NCBI GenBank assembly: GCA_951406725.2 | Contig: OX597824.1 | Coordinates: 75,640,001-75,704,000 of the forward strand | Length of the DNA stretch: 64,000 nt | From: Octopus vulgaris | Lineage: Eukaryota | Direction of reading: 5' to 3' | Shown: piece by piece, positions 1-12,269 of the stretch | How the letters are laid out: each line of letters begins with the position of its first letter | Position numbering within the stretch: position 1 is the stretch's first letter | The notes under the pieces: generated by a model | The model's input: only the letters and a program-made list of their open reading frames with translations | What the model was told of the DNA's origin: nothing | The model's database searches: none | Made by a program: the position numbers and the translations under genes

Positions 1-409
1 GTCTGGGGAAAGTTCATATTGTCTAAATATCTTATTATCTAACACGCTCATCGGTCCGATTTCTACTCATTTATTATTTATATCTTTTCTCCCAAAATTT
101 CCGTTGTTTTTGCAACCTTGTCATTGGATATTGATTATATATATGAAATCATAAATGACAGATAGATAGTTTCATGAAATTTTATTTAACAATGAGAAAA
201 GCCGAACATCAAGACCAATTGTTTCGTAACTTAAAAACATGTAAATAATCTATATTATTATATTCAATAATGAATAAATTACTTACATATTTGCATTAAT
301 GCAAAAGGCAAAAAATCGCACGATATATCCTATATGTTTTGCAGAATAATACATTAAAGAGCTTTTATATAGGAGTACTACCGGTATATTTGAATCTATA
401 TATTTTTTT

Positions 410-1157
410 ATACTCTAGGCACAGGGCACGAAATTTTTCGGAATTAAATCGACTCCAATATGCAATTGGTACTTAATTTATCGACCCCGAAAGGATGAAA
501 GGCAAAGTCGACCTCGGCGGAATTTGAACTCAGAACGTAGCAGCAGACGAAATACCTATTTCTTTACTACTCACAAGGGGCTAAACACAGAGAGGACAAA
601 CAAGGACAGACAAACGGATTAAGTCGATTATATCGACGCCAGTGCGTAACTGGTACTTATTTAATCGACCACGAAAGGATGAAAGGCAAAGTCGACCTCG
701 GCGGAATTTGAACTCAGAACGTAAAGACATACGAAATACCTATTTCTTTACTACCCACAAGGGGCTAAACACAGAGAAGACAAACAAGGAAAGACAAACG
801 GATTAAGTCGATTATATCGACCCCAGTGCGTAACTGGTACTTATTTAATCGACCCCGAAAGGATGAAAGGCAAAGTCGACCTCGGCGGAATTTGAACTCA
901 GAACGTAGCAGCAGACGAAATACCTATTTCTTTACTACTCACAAGGGGCTAAACACAGAGCGGACAAACAAGGACAGACAAACGGATTAAGTCGATTATA
1001 TCGACGCCAGTGCGTAACTGGTACTTAATTTATCGACCCCGAAAGGATGAAAGGCAAAGTCGACCTCGGCGGAATTTGAACTCAGAACGTAACGGCAGAC
1101 GAAATACGGCTACGCATTTCGCCCGGCGTGCTAACGTTTCTGCCAGCTCACCGCCTT
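410..1157 (-). mobile_element. Head-to-tail array of tRNA-derived SINE (family B), about 184 bp period, 4 cores
   Basis: Minus strand begins GGCGGTGAGCTGGCAGAAACGTTAGC (A-box-like), then GAGTTCAAATTCC (B-box) and the core GCCTTTCATCCTTTCGGGGTCGATAAATTAAGTACCAG. Identical junctions at 555/556, 739/740 and 923/924. Confidence 0.88.
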
Positions 1158-1458
1158 CTTGAATCCCTATATTGTGACTAAAATGTGTGTGTGCCTGAGT
1201 GTGTATATATTGGCAGAGGGCGATCATGCGATTAGTTTTAGAAATTTTTATAATTTTCCCCGCTTCAGTGCTTTAATGTCATGTGACAATAGTTTTTTTG
1301 CGCTGAAATTTAAGGTTGACACGGTTGAGCGAACTTCTCTAGCGACACTCCCAACCAGTCACAGCTCTGTAAAGTTAATCTGTCAAGTGGTAGAGTGAAC
1401 AGGAATTGTTTGTATTTGGTCATTAAATTTTATTAGGTTTCCTTTATTGCGTGTGGCT

Positions 1459-2203
1459 TACTCTTTTACTCTTTTACTTGTTTCCGTCATTTCACTGTGG
1501 CCATGCTGGAGCACCGCCTTTAGTCGAGCAAATCTACCCCAGGACTTATTCATTGTAAGCCTAGTACTTATTCTATCGGTTCTCTTTTACCGAACCGCTA
1601 AGTTACGGGGACGTAAACACACCAGCATCGGTTGTCAAACACATAAACAGACACAAGCATATATATATACATATGCATATATATACGACGGCTTTCTTTC
1701 AGTTTCCGTCTACCAAATCCACTCACAAGGCTTTGGTCGGCCCGAGGCTATAGTAGAAGACACTTGCCCAAGGTGCCACGCAGTTGGACTGAACCCAGAA
1801 CCATGTGGTTGGTAAGCAAGCTACTTGCCACACATCCACTCTACTTACCACACAGCCACTCTGCTTACCACAAAGCCAAATCGACCCCAGGACTCATTCT
1901 TTCGAAGCCTAGTACTTATTCTATCCGTATCTTTTGCCGAACCACCGCTAGGTTACGGGGACGCAAACACACCAGCATCGGTTGTCAAGCGATGTTGGGT
2001 AGTACAAACACAGACACACAAACACATACATATACATATATACGACGGGCTTCTTTCAGTTTCTGTCAACCAAAACCACTCACACGGCTTTGGTCGGCCC
2101 GAGGCTATAGTAGAAGACACTTGCCCAAGGTGCCACACAGTGAGACTGAACCTAGAACTACTTGGTTGGTAAGCAAGCTACTTACCAACAGCCACTCCTA
2201 CGG
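1459..2203 (-). mobile_element. Two tandem copies of CORE-like SINE (family A, with internal microsatellite)
   Basis: Reverse complement of GGCGTAGGAGTGGCTGTGTGGTAAG...GGTTCAGTCCC...ACCTTGGGCAAGTG head, internal (TA/TG)n and (GTAAAAGA)n tail. Confidence 0.85.
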
Positions 2204-2327
2204 CTTGTTGATGTTATTTCAGTCGTGGTTTGTATTTTTGTGTAAATGCATTGGTGCTTGAATCGTGGTATTGTTTGAATAAAGGTAACGTGAGAAGACT
2301 GGGAATTTTGGACATTTCTTTCTCATA

Positions 2328-2483
2328 CATAGGCGTGGCTGTGTGGTAAGAAGTTTGCTTCTCAACCACACGGTTCCAGGTTCAGTCCCACTGTGTAGCA
2401 CCTTGGGCAGGTTTCTACTATAGCTTCGGGCCGACCAAAAGCCGCGTAAGTGCATTTGGAAGGCGGTAACTGAAACAAGCCCG

Positions 2484-2558
<75 letters not shown>

Positions 2559-2790
2559 TGTGTGTGTGTGTTTGTGTCTTTGTTTGTTCCCCCATCACCG
2601 CTTGACAACCGGTGTTGATGTGTATAGGTCCCCGTAACTTAGCGGTTCACCAAAGACGACTGATAAAATAAGTACTTTGATTCAAAATAAGTCCCGGATC
2701 AATTTCTTCGACTAAAACTCCTCAAGGCAGTGCTCCAGCATGGCCGCAGTCAAATGACTGAAGCAAGTAAAAAAAATAAAAGAATACAAA
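2328..2790 (+). mobile_element. Family A SINE with (GT)n at 2486-2570
   Basis: Same head, central microsatellite and CAGCATGGCCGCAGTCAAATGACTGAA...GTAAAA tail as the other copies. Confidence 0.85.
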
Positions 2791-2929
2791 AGACAAGGTA
2801 AGAAAAATAATCCAAGGTTAAAGTTGTCATGTTTCACTGCCCGTGACTATTGAAAGTTAAAACATTCAAAGCTTTGTAAGTTTAGTATATCCAGTGGGTG
2901 AATAGACATTATATGTATATATAAAATAT

Positions 2930-3600
2930 CTATTTGAGCATAAAAATTTGTTCTCCACAAAATTCGTGCGTTAGTAACATGCGAGAAAAATTTATGATTG
3001 TGCCCAAATTTAAGGTTTTGGGACCGTTAAATTCAGCTTGTCAAGTGGCAGAATGTTTGTGTACGAGGAGCTAAAGTTTGTTTAGTCATAGTTGTATTTT
3101 TGTATGAATATATTTTCTTTGTTTATTCGTGTTTCAATCTGAGGTTGTTGACCGAACAAAGATAAAGCGAGAAGACTTGGAAATTAGGTGGCTTTTATTT
3201 GCACATTTGTCTATGTACCTACTCAGTGGGCTCTGTCTTGTACTGAGGTTTCGCATTTGTTGACGATGAATAGTCAGTTTATTTCTGAGAGTAAGTTTTG
3301 TTTGGCCTATGTTAATTTTTCAACGAACAGGTAAAATGGTTTTCATGGTAAAAAATTGATCTCGTTTTAATTTGTATGTTTGTCTTCACTGAGCTTGATG
3401 CAAGCCCCGCAATTACGGGGCCACACTTTTTGACTGTTCGTATGGTGTTTGTGAAGAGAAAGTTAGTGCTGGCGAGTAGTTTTTCGAGTGATTTTGATAG
3501 TCTTTTGCTCTTGATTATTTAGTATATTTCAAGCGCTTGTTTCATTCTTGAGTCTTATATCAGTAGTGGAATGATCTGGTGGATAACGTTGTGGCTATAG
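2930..3600 (-). pseudogene. Degenerate Penelope-like element: GIY-YIG endonuclease C-terminus plus 3' end
   Basis: Minus-strand hand translation across frameshifts gives CGACIKL...IGQTKLTLRNKLTIHRQQMR...PLSRYIDKCA...NFQVFSLY...FIQKY. A second copy (KFPVFSRY...TQKYKPRLK) lies at about 2205-2325, with a matching 3' segment at about 1290-1420. Confidence 0.65.
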
Positions 3601-3770
3601 GAGAAAGGATTATTGTAACTGGTGTTATTGTAATTGATTGGCAGAATCGTTAGGGCGTCGGGCAAAATGTCTTTCTGTATTTCTTACCGTTCTTTACTTT
3701 CCTGTCGTGATCAACGTTGCCTTCCATTGCTCCGAGATCGATAAAAAAATAGAATCCAGGTAAACAAAAA

Positions 3771-3995
3771 AAAAAGTCACGGCAACAAAGTAACAGGGAA
3801 AAAGTTACAGGGATTCTGTCCGGAGTGGTTTTGTCCGTGGGGGTTTTGTCCGAAGGGCTTTTTGTCCGGATCCCATAAATTAATTGCGACTTTTTTCCCT
3901 GTGACTTTATTATCGGTCACCATAAATTAATTGTAACTTTTTTCCTGTGACTTATTTTTCATAGCCAAAATTGTGACTTTATTACCGGTCACCAA
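3771..3995. repeat. Nested DNA-transposon TIR-like sub-repeats
   Basis: AAAAAGTCAC/GTGACTTT inverted units surround tandem GG..TTTTGTCC units, and the latter recur at 48340-48400 and 50235-50335. Confidence 0.55.
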
Positions 3996-4009
3996 AAACT
4001 AAACTGTTA

Positions 4010-4307
4010 TTGAATAATTCGCGTTGACGGAGACGACAAGTCCCTTCCCAAAATTGTTCGTCTTGTACCTAAATCGTAGACAATCGTTACGATAGTTGTT
4101 ACTGCTCTTGTTGTTGTTCTTGTTATTATTGTTCTGCTGCTCTTGTTGTTATACCAGTCACCAAATTGAATAATTCGCGTTGACGGAGACGACAAGTCCC
4201 TTCCCAAAATTGTTCGTCTTGTACCTAAATCGCAGACAATCGTTACGATAGTTGTTACTGCTCTTGTTGTTGTTCTTGTTATTCTTGTTCTGCTGCTCTT
4301 GTTGTTA
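4010..4307. repeat. Recent tandem duplication (about 140 bp unit, period 157) followed by (GCT/GTT)n
   Basis: TGAATAATTCGCGTTGACGGAGACG... starts at 4011 and again at 4168, nearly identical. Confidence 0.9.
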
Positions 4308-4657
4308 TTGTTGTTGATGCTGCTGCTGCTGCTGCTGCTGTTGTTGTTGTTGTTGTTGCTGCTGCTGCGGTTTATTGTTCGTATTACTGTTCTTTGCAAC
4401 GTTTCGCCTGCATTGTTTCTGGCACTTCCAAGAAGCAAACGTGGATATAATGAGTAAACAAATAAAAGAAAAAAAATAAAAGAAAAGAAAATAAAAACAA
4501 AGTAGAGAATAAGAGAACGAAGCAAAGGAATGCACTCAAAACAAAATGGCGAATTTACTTACATTCCCTATTGATTGCTTAAAATGGTATGTTTGTGAGC
4601 TGCCACGAAAGTCGACTTTGATTTCTCTCTCGATCATCATCATTATCATTATTATTA

Positions 4658-4709
<52 letters not shown>

Positions 4710-5067
4710 GGTTCAAACGGTGAAGAAGGAAGAGGGGGAGGAGGAGAAGGAGAAGAGTGCAAGGAAGAGGTAAATAGAGGGAGAGGGTGTGTGACAGTGG
4801 AGAGATGAGGAGGAAGGGGAGAGAGGAGGGAGATCAAACGAAGGAATTTTGCAACTAAATGTACGTACCCAATATTGTGTATGTATGAGTGTGCGTGCGT
4901 TTGTGTGTGTGTGTGTGTGTAAGTGTGTGTGTGTGTGTGTGTGTGTACATGTGTGTGTATGTATGTTTATGTATATTGCATATAAATTGATACCCGGAAA
5001 AATTTATTGTCGTATGATCGTTTTAAGGGAATAGATATTGTCTGTGAGAATAACGGAGAAAGAAAAA

Positions 5068-5074
5068 ATAGATG

Positions 5075-5149
<75 letters not shown>

Positions 5150-5173
5150 CAAACAGATGAGATAGACAGACAT

Positions 5174-5235
<62 letters not shown>

Positions 5236-5270
5236 GATAGATAGATAGATAGATAGATAGGCAGACAAAT

Positions 5271-5325
<55 letters not shown>

Positions 5326-5392
5326 TATAGATAGATAGATAGATAACTTTTTATTGTGGCCACACAGGGCTAAACACAGAATAAAAATGGAC

Positions 5393-5445
<53 letters not shown>
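5068..5445. repeat. (GATA)n microsatellite blocks
   Basis: Seen directly. Confidence 0.97.
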
Positions 5446-5446
<1 letters not shown>

Positions 5447-5862
5447 AGTAAAAAATAAGAGGTAAAAAAATAATGGGAATGTAGAAACGGTGAGAAAGAA
5501 ACATTGAAACGAATGACATCCTTTTACCCTAAAATATTTTTGCACGCACAAAATATATATATACATATATACATACAAACATACATACATACATACAAGC
5601 ATGTGTGTGCGTGTGTATATATGCATGTATGTACAGATGACAAGGTGAATTAGTGCAAATGTGTATGGTTTGTAAAGAATATTAAAAAAAAAATACTGGT
5701 TAATAATAAGTGGTTCTATAGCAATGTCTTTGAGTTCTTTTCTTTCATTTTATTTATTTGAGATATTATTTTTATTTAATTCGTCTTTTTGGATATTTTA
5801 TTTTGTTCTTAACCGTTTCTGTTTCCGTTTTAGTTTTACTTTGAATTATTTTCTCTTTCTTT

Positions 5863-5957
<95 letters not shown>

Positions 5958-6755
5958 CTTTTTTCGCATTTTTTTCCGTTCGTCTGTAATTATCATTTTT
6001 AATTTTTGACTGCTACTGCCCTTAAAACTTCTTTGAGTGGAAAGAAAAAAAAGAACAAATTGAAATAGACTAGAAATTAATGATTATATTTTTATTTTGA
6101 CGGTAAAAGAAGAAAAGAGAACAAACAAATGATAAAAGGATGAAAGAATAAAACGATAATAATCAAAGAAAAGGAAAAAGAATTGAAACTGTCTTGAAAA
6201 CAAAATGTGGAACGAAAAAGGTAGTAAAAAAAAAATGAAAGAATAGGAAAATGACAGGTTCAAAAGTTCAAACCAGTGGATAAGTTAGGAACTGGTGTCG
6301 CTTATCAAACACAAAAATCTATATCATCGACTAATATTTATGAACACAATTTATATGGCGTACGTATATAATAGGAAATGTGCCGACATATTAGCACTAG
6401 ACTTTGAGAATATTCCGCTTCTTACAAGTACCCACCCACACATTACATTCGCCTATACATCCACATTAACATCGCCTTACGCACAACACAGACATCGTAA
6501 CATTTCCGTGAAATGTCTAAAACCTTTTGTATTTGATTGCCGAATGACTGATGATTGATGGTTGATGATTGATGTTTGATGCTTGATGCTTGATTTCGTT
6601 TTATTCACGTTGCATTGGTGCACGTAAACTGATCTGCTACAATTGCTCTTGCTCTTCTTTATTTTTGTTTTAACTCTTATTTCGTTTTAATCTGGTTTTT
6701 ATTTTATTGACCTTGGAAGCCTTCACGATTGTTATTTATGGTTATTTGAAGCTCA

Positions 6756-6802
<47 letters not shown>

Positions 6803-7363
6803 GTCTCTGTCCATGTGGAAGATAAAATTACCATTTATCATTTATTCTCGACTATAACGACCTCGTTATTTGCTTTCTCTTCATGTCACATAAAAACCAA
6901 AAACTCGTGTCAGAATTACTACAAACAACCAAAAAAAAAAATAAATAAAAAAAGCAACATCGATATTTCTTAACTGCTTTGTAGATTGTAAAAACCTTCA
7001 TTCGCAACTGTTTACTTGTCTAAGAAATATCTTTCTACAGAAATGCGCGCCACCCACGACCGTTCCATATGTTTATGTAACCAGATAGTACCATTGTTCT
7101 CGCTGAGTCATTTTAAATCTTGAGACGTGTCAGAATTGTGAAACCAATTAGTAATTATTATTGTTTAAAGTGTCTTTTAGCCTTTCGAGGTCAATAAAAA
7201 CAAACCGACACCGAGGATTGGTTTTAATTATTCCTATAAAGAATCCCAGATGTCTTCTTAGTCTTTTATTCTTCATTTATCTTCCTTTACTAGTTTTAAT
7301 CATTGGACTACGGCCATGCCTTGGCATAGCCTGGAGGAATCCTAGTCAAACAAATCACCCATT

Positions 7364-8730
7364 GTATACTCTTTACTCTTTTACTCTTTTACTTGTTTCA
7401 GTCATTTGACTGCGGCCATGCTGGAGCACCGCCTTTAGTCGAGCAAATCGACCCCGGAACTTATTCTTTTGTAAGCCCAGTACTTATTCTATCGGTCTCT
7501 TTTGCCGAACCGCTAACTAACGGGGACATAAACACACCAGCATCGGTTGTCAGGCAATGCTAGGGGGACAAACACACACATACATATATATATATACATA
7601 TATACGACAGGCTTCTTTCAGTTTCCGTCTACCAAATCCACTCACAAGGCATTGGTCGGCCCGGGGCTATAGCAGAAGACACTTGCCCAAGATGCCACGC
7701 AGTGGAACTGAACCCGGAACCATGTGGTTGGTTAGCAAGCTACTTACCACACAGCCACTCCTGCGCCTATATTTTTTTTAAGAGTCAGGTAACTTATTCT
7801 ATCGTTCTCTTTAACCGCTGCTTTGCAGGGTGGGGATGAACACACCAACACCGGGTACACTCTCTTTTACTTGTTTCAGTCATTTGACTGTGGCCATGCT
7901 GAAGCACCGCCTTTAATCGAGCAACTCGACCCCGAGACTTATTCTTTTGTAAGCCAAGTACTTATTCTATCGGTCTCTTTTGCCGAACCGCTAAGTAACA
8001 GGGACATAAACACACCAGCATCGGTTGTCAGGCAATGCTAGGGGGACAAACACAGACACACATACATATATATACATACATACGACAGGCTTCTTTCAGT
8101 TTCCGTCTACCAAATCCACTCACAAGGCATTGGTCGGCCCGGGGCTATAGCAGAAGACACTTGCCCAAGATGCCACGCAGTGGGACTGAACCCGGAACCA
8201 TGTGGTTGGTTAGCAAGCTACTTACCACACAACCACTCCTGCGCCTATCTATATTTTTTTTAAGAGTCAGGTAACTTATTCTATCGTTCTCTTTAACCGC
8301 TGCGTTGCAGGGTGGGGATGAACACACCAACACCGGGTACACTCTCTTTTACTTGTTTCAGTCATTTGACTGCGGCCATGCTGGAGCGCCGCCTTTAGTC
8401 GAGCAAATCGACCCCAGGACTTATTCTTTGTAAGCCTAGTACTTATTCTATCGGTCTCTTTTGCCGAATCGCTAAGTTACGGGGACGTAAACACACCAGC
8501 ATCGGTTGTCAAGCATTGTTGGGGGAACAAACACAAACACACACACATGTATATGCATATACATATATACGACGGGCTTCTTTCAGTTTCCGTCTACCAA
8601 ATCCACTCACAAGGCTTTGGTCAGCCCGAGGCTATAGTAGAAGACATTTGCCCAGGGTGCCACGCAGTGGGACTGAACCTGGAACCATGTGGTTGGTAAG
8701 CAATCTACTTACCACACAGCTATTCCTATG
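7364..8730 (-). mobile_element. Three tandem family A SINE copies, period about 480 bp
   Basis: Three complete SINE bodies separated by the same 90 bp spacer (AAGAGTCAGGTAACTT...CACCGGGTACAC) at about 7775 and 8258. Confidence 0.9.
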
Positions 8731-8829
8731 TAAAAAAATGTTTTTTTTTCGTTTTGTCTTTGGTCAGTAAGTATTTATTTCCTATATGCTTCTATCTAGA
8801 AATCAAAGGAAATAACTACTATTCCCTTC

Positions 8830-9130
8830 AAACTTTGTTTCTGTGACCTGGGCATCATTGTTTTGAAACTGACCTATTTTCCATTACATTTCAGACAAAT
8901 CCAGTGCTGGGTTGCTGAAGCAGAAATATCGTTATAGCAAATATTCTGCTCTAAGCAACAGATTTGCTTGTCAGTTATCTGACCTTTATCACTTGAGCAT
9001 GTCCCTTGGTGGCTGAAAATATATGAATCTATGATCCTAGGCAGGTGTTGTTGGGGTGCATCATAGCCACATGCTGAGAGGAATTTTGGTGGGTTTGGAT
9101 AAATATCGAAACAAACGCAAAGGTTGAAGG
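8830..9130 (+). mobile_element. Diverged fragment of an interspersed repeat (probable LINE 3' region)
   Basis: CAGATTTGCTTGTCAGTT...TTGAGCATGTCCCTT.GTGGCTGA matches the reverse complement of 34750-34865. Confidence 0.6.
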
Positions 9131-9349
9131 AAATATCAGCCATTTTTCATACTTTTTAGAATTAAGCAAATGCGAAATAACAGTTGTTACCCAAGGACAA
9201 TAATCGTGTTACATAGGGTCATCAAGCGGTGGTGGGGAGAACAAACACAGCATGATCCCAAACACACACAGACACACACTCATACATACATACATACATA
9301 CATACATACATACATACATACATACATACATACATACATACATACATAG

Positions 9350-9560
9350 GGGGAGGTTTCACAAAAACAAACAAAAGACGAAGGCAGGTGGTGTAGACAA
9401 CAAGCAGATGTATTAGTATAACGCTCGGGAAGTGAAAAAGTCTTTAACGTTTCGAGCCTACTCTCTTCCACAGAAAGGAACACAGAAAGAAACAAGGAGA
9501 GAAAATAAAGAATGTGTAGTGGCTAGCGATCTATCATAGGGAATGCCCGACAGAAGGGTC
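9350..9560 (-). mobile_element. Penelope pseudo-LTR-like fragment with degenerate hammerhead motif
   Basis: Minus strand CTTT-CTGTGGA-AGAG..CTC-GAAAC-GTT-AAAG, flanked by microsatellite. Confidence 0.55.
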
Positions 9561-10132
9561 ACACAGCAGACAGACAGACACACACACAAATACACATATA
9601 TATATATGATGGGCTTCCATACAGTTTCCGTCTACCAAATTCAATAACAAGGTATTGGTCATCCCGGAGCTTTAGTAGATGTCACTGCCCCAAGATGTTG
9701 CGCAGCCCGATAAAGTGTGACAGTAAATTGAACTTCTTAAACACTTCATTAGCATTTAGGATGACTGATAGGAATATAAATCAAACCTAACACTTGACTT
9801 GTTCTTTATTTTACTCACCACGGGAAGATGGTAAGCAAAGTTGACCTCAGCGAGATTTGAACTCAAGAACTTTAAGAAATGTTGTTCTTATCAGCGATAA
9901 TTGTGTGTTTGTTGACGTCATAAGAAGAAATAACGTGAAATAATTATTTTTCGGAAAAGCGGATCTCGAAACACACATGAAGGAGATGTGGGGAACTTTT
10001 CTATCTAGAAGGGTTCTTCAACTTAATATTTACATGTTTATTATTTATAGCTTTATGTGTGCTTCGAGATCTCCTTAAAAAATGAATTATTTCACATTCT
10101 CTCGAAAATTCAAAAAAATTTTGTGATGTGAA

Positions 10133-10176
<44 letters not shown>

Positions 10177-10177
10177 A

Positions 10178-10228
<51 letters not shown>
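10133..10228. repeat. (CAT)n microsatellite
   Basis: Seen directly. It explains the poly-Met ORF. Confidence 0.97.
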
Positions 10229-10232
<4 letters not shown>

Positions 10233-10943
10233 CTTGACTCAGGAGTGGTCTTTTTTCCTGGTAGAATTTTTTTTATGGGTAACCTGTAATCTTAGATTTC
10301 CACATGATTTCAATTAGCTCAAAAACAGTTCTGATGATCTTTCCTCATCTCAAGAAGAAAAATCTACTGTAAGAAGCTTTACAGAACATTCCGTGTTAAT
10401 CTCCTTTAACCATTCATTCATTAGTCTATATGCTGCGATTTACAGTCCCTTTACATTTGTACCAATTCTTTTGAGCTACACTGGTAGTTGAGCATTGATT
10501 CTTCCAAGCGCGTCAATTATTACTATCATCACGTCCACTCTCTTCATTGCCCACAATCTGCGTTTTTTGCCCCCACTTCAATTCATCATAGTTGTTCAGA
10601 TTTTTTTTCTTCTCTTTTTCTGTTTCTTTCTCTTTGATCCCGTTGTCACCAGGTCATGCTATATCGATTATCAGGCATTTTATTTATTTTTTTTTTCTGT
10701 TTATCACAAAAAACGTCAGGTTTCCGATGTCTAATCTGATCGTCTGTCAGGTTTCCGATGTCATTGTGGTTGTAGTTGCTGTCGTCGTTGTCGTCATCAT
10801 CATCATCATCATCATCATCAACAACAACAGCATTACAACCAAAGAACGACCATCTCTCCGCGTGAATTTGAAGTTACAAAAGACAGAAAAGCAAAACGAA
10901 ATGTAAAGACAAATATTCTTAGCAAAATATCAAATATCAAACA

Positions 10944-11197
<254 letters not shown>

Positions 11198-12269
11198 CCA
11201 TACAGAGAATTGATGTATTAAACATCAAAAGGTAAATCCTCCACAGTAAATAAGATTTTAATTAATAACAGGTCATTAAACTCCAACATTTTATCACAAA
11301 ACAGTAAATCCAAGTGGGATCGACTTACATCATATGTGTGTGTGTGTGTAGTCATGTACGTATTTTGCTAAAACGATATATATTAAATAGGTTTAATAAA
11401 CATTTTCCTTTCATCTCGTTTATTTTATAATTATCGTTTGTTTTTTTGTTTTTTTGCTTTTGGTTTCAAATGTAATTTATTTATAACGCTATATCTGTAT
11501 CATAAATTGGTGACAATCTCTCTTAACCAAAGAAAATATTTACCTACGAAAGAAAGCCTTTGTATGGGCAGTTGATTGCCTAACGGGCTACTACACACGC
11601 TAGCAACCACAATAGATTGTACACTGTTGCAGCGAGAAACTCCTAAGAGTCGAAACGAATTTACAGCTATTAGCCTTACGCCAAAACCGGGGCACAAGAG
11701 TGGCTGTGTGGTAAGTAGCTTGCCTACCAAGTAGCCTGCATACTTTCCATGAGTCTTTGAGACTTCCCATGAGTTTTTGTTGTCATTGTACGCATGCGTC
11801 ATTGTGTTGTGCACTGAAGAAGATAGCCGGCAGTGTATAGCCTGCCAAAAGAAGCTGCTGAAAGGTAAAACTTTTCTCTTGGACCCAGTGAGGGTCTTTG
11901 TCTGTGCTTATATGTTTTACAAACAGGGAATCCTCACTGGATTCAGGATGTTGGTCTACTTGCGGTTCAGCAACATGATCCATTGTAAATGAAAATTTTT
12001 TCTCATTGTGAGAAGTCAAGTCTGGTGGGCGTATCCTTCAAACCAAAAATTGTTCACTTTTTAACAGTGTATGTTTTTACAACAACATTTACCATTATTG
12101 TAAAACTGTATTTCAAGTGTTCACATGAAGTGAAAGGATTTTCTTATTTGAGAAATATAGTTTGTTGATGTTTACTGCCACCAAAAGTTGTTCGCTGTTT
12201 GTAAATAGTGTGTATGTTACAACAACATTGGAAAGCTGTACTCAAGTGGAGCAGTCAAGGTTCTAATTG

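Noticed and set aside
190-235. Hammerhead half (minus CGAAACAATTGGTC)
   Set aside because: No CUGANGA or stem II partner nearby.
1447-2261. Recurrent peptides such as [25 protein letters not shown] as a gene family
   Set aside because: These are translations of the non-coding family A SINE.
4007-4773. PolyQ, polyN/S and polyI ORFs as a host gene
   Set aside because: They are trinucleotide repeats and a local duplication, with no domain or convincing splice structure.
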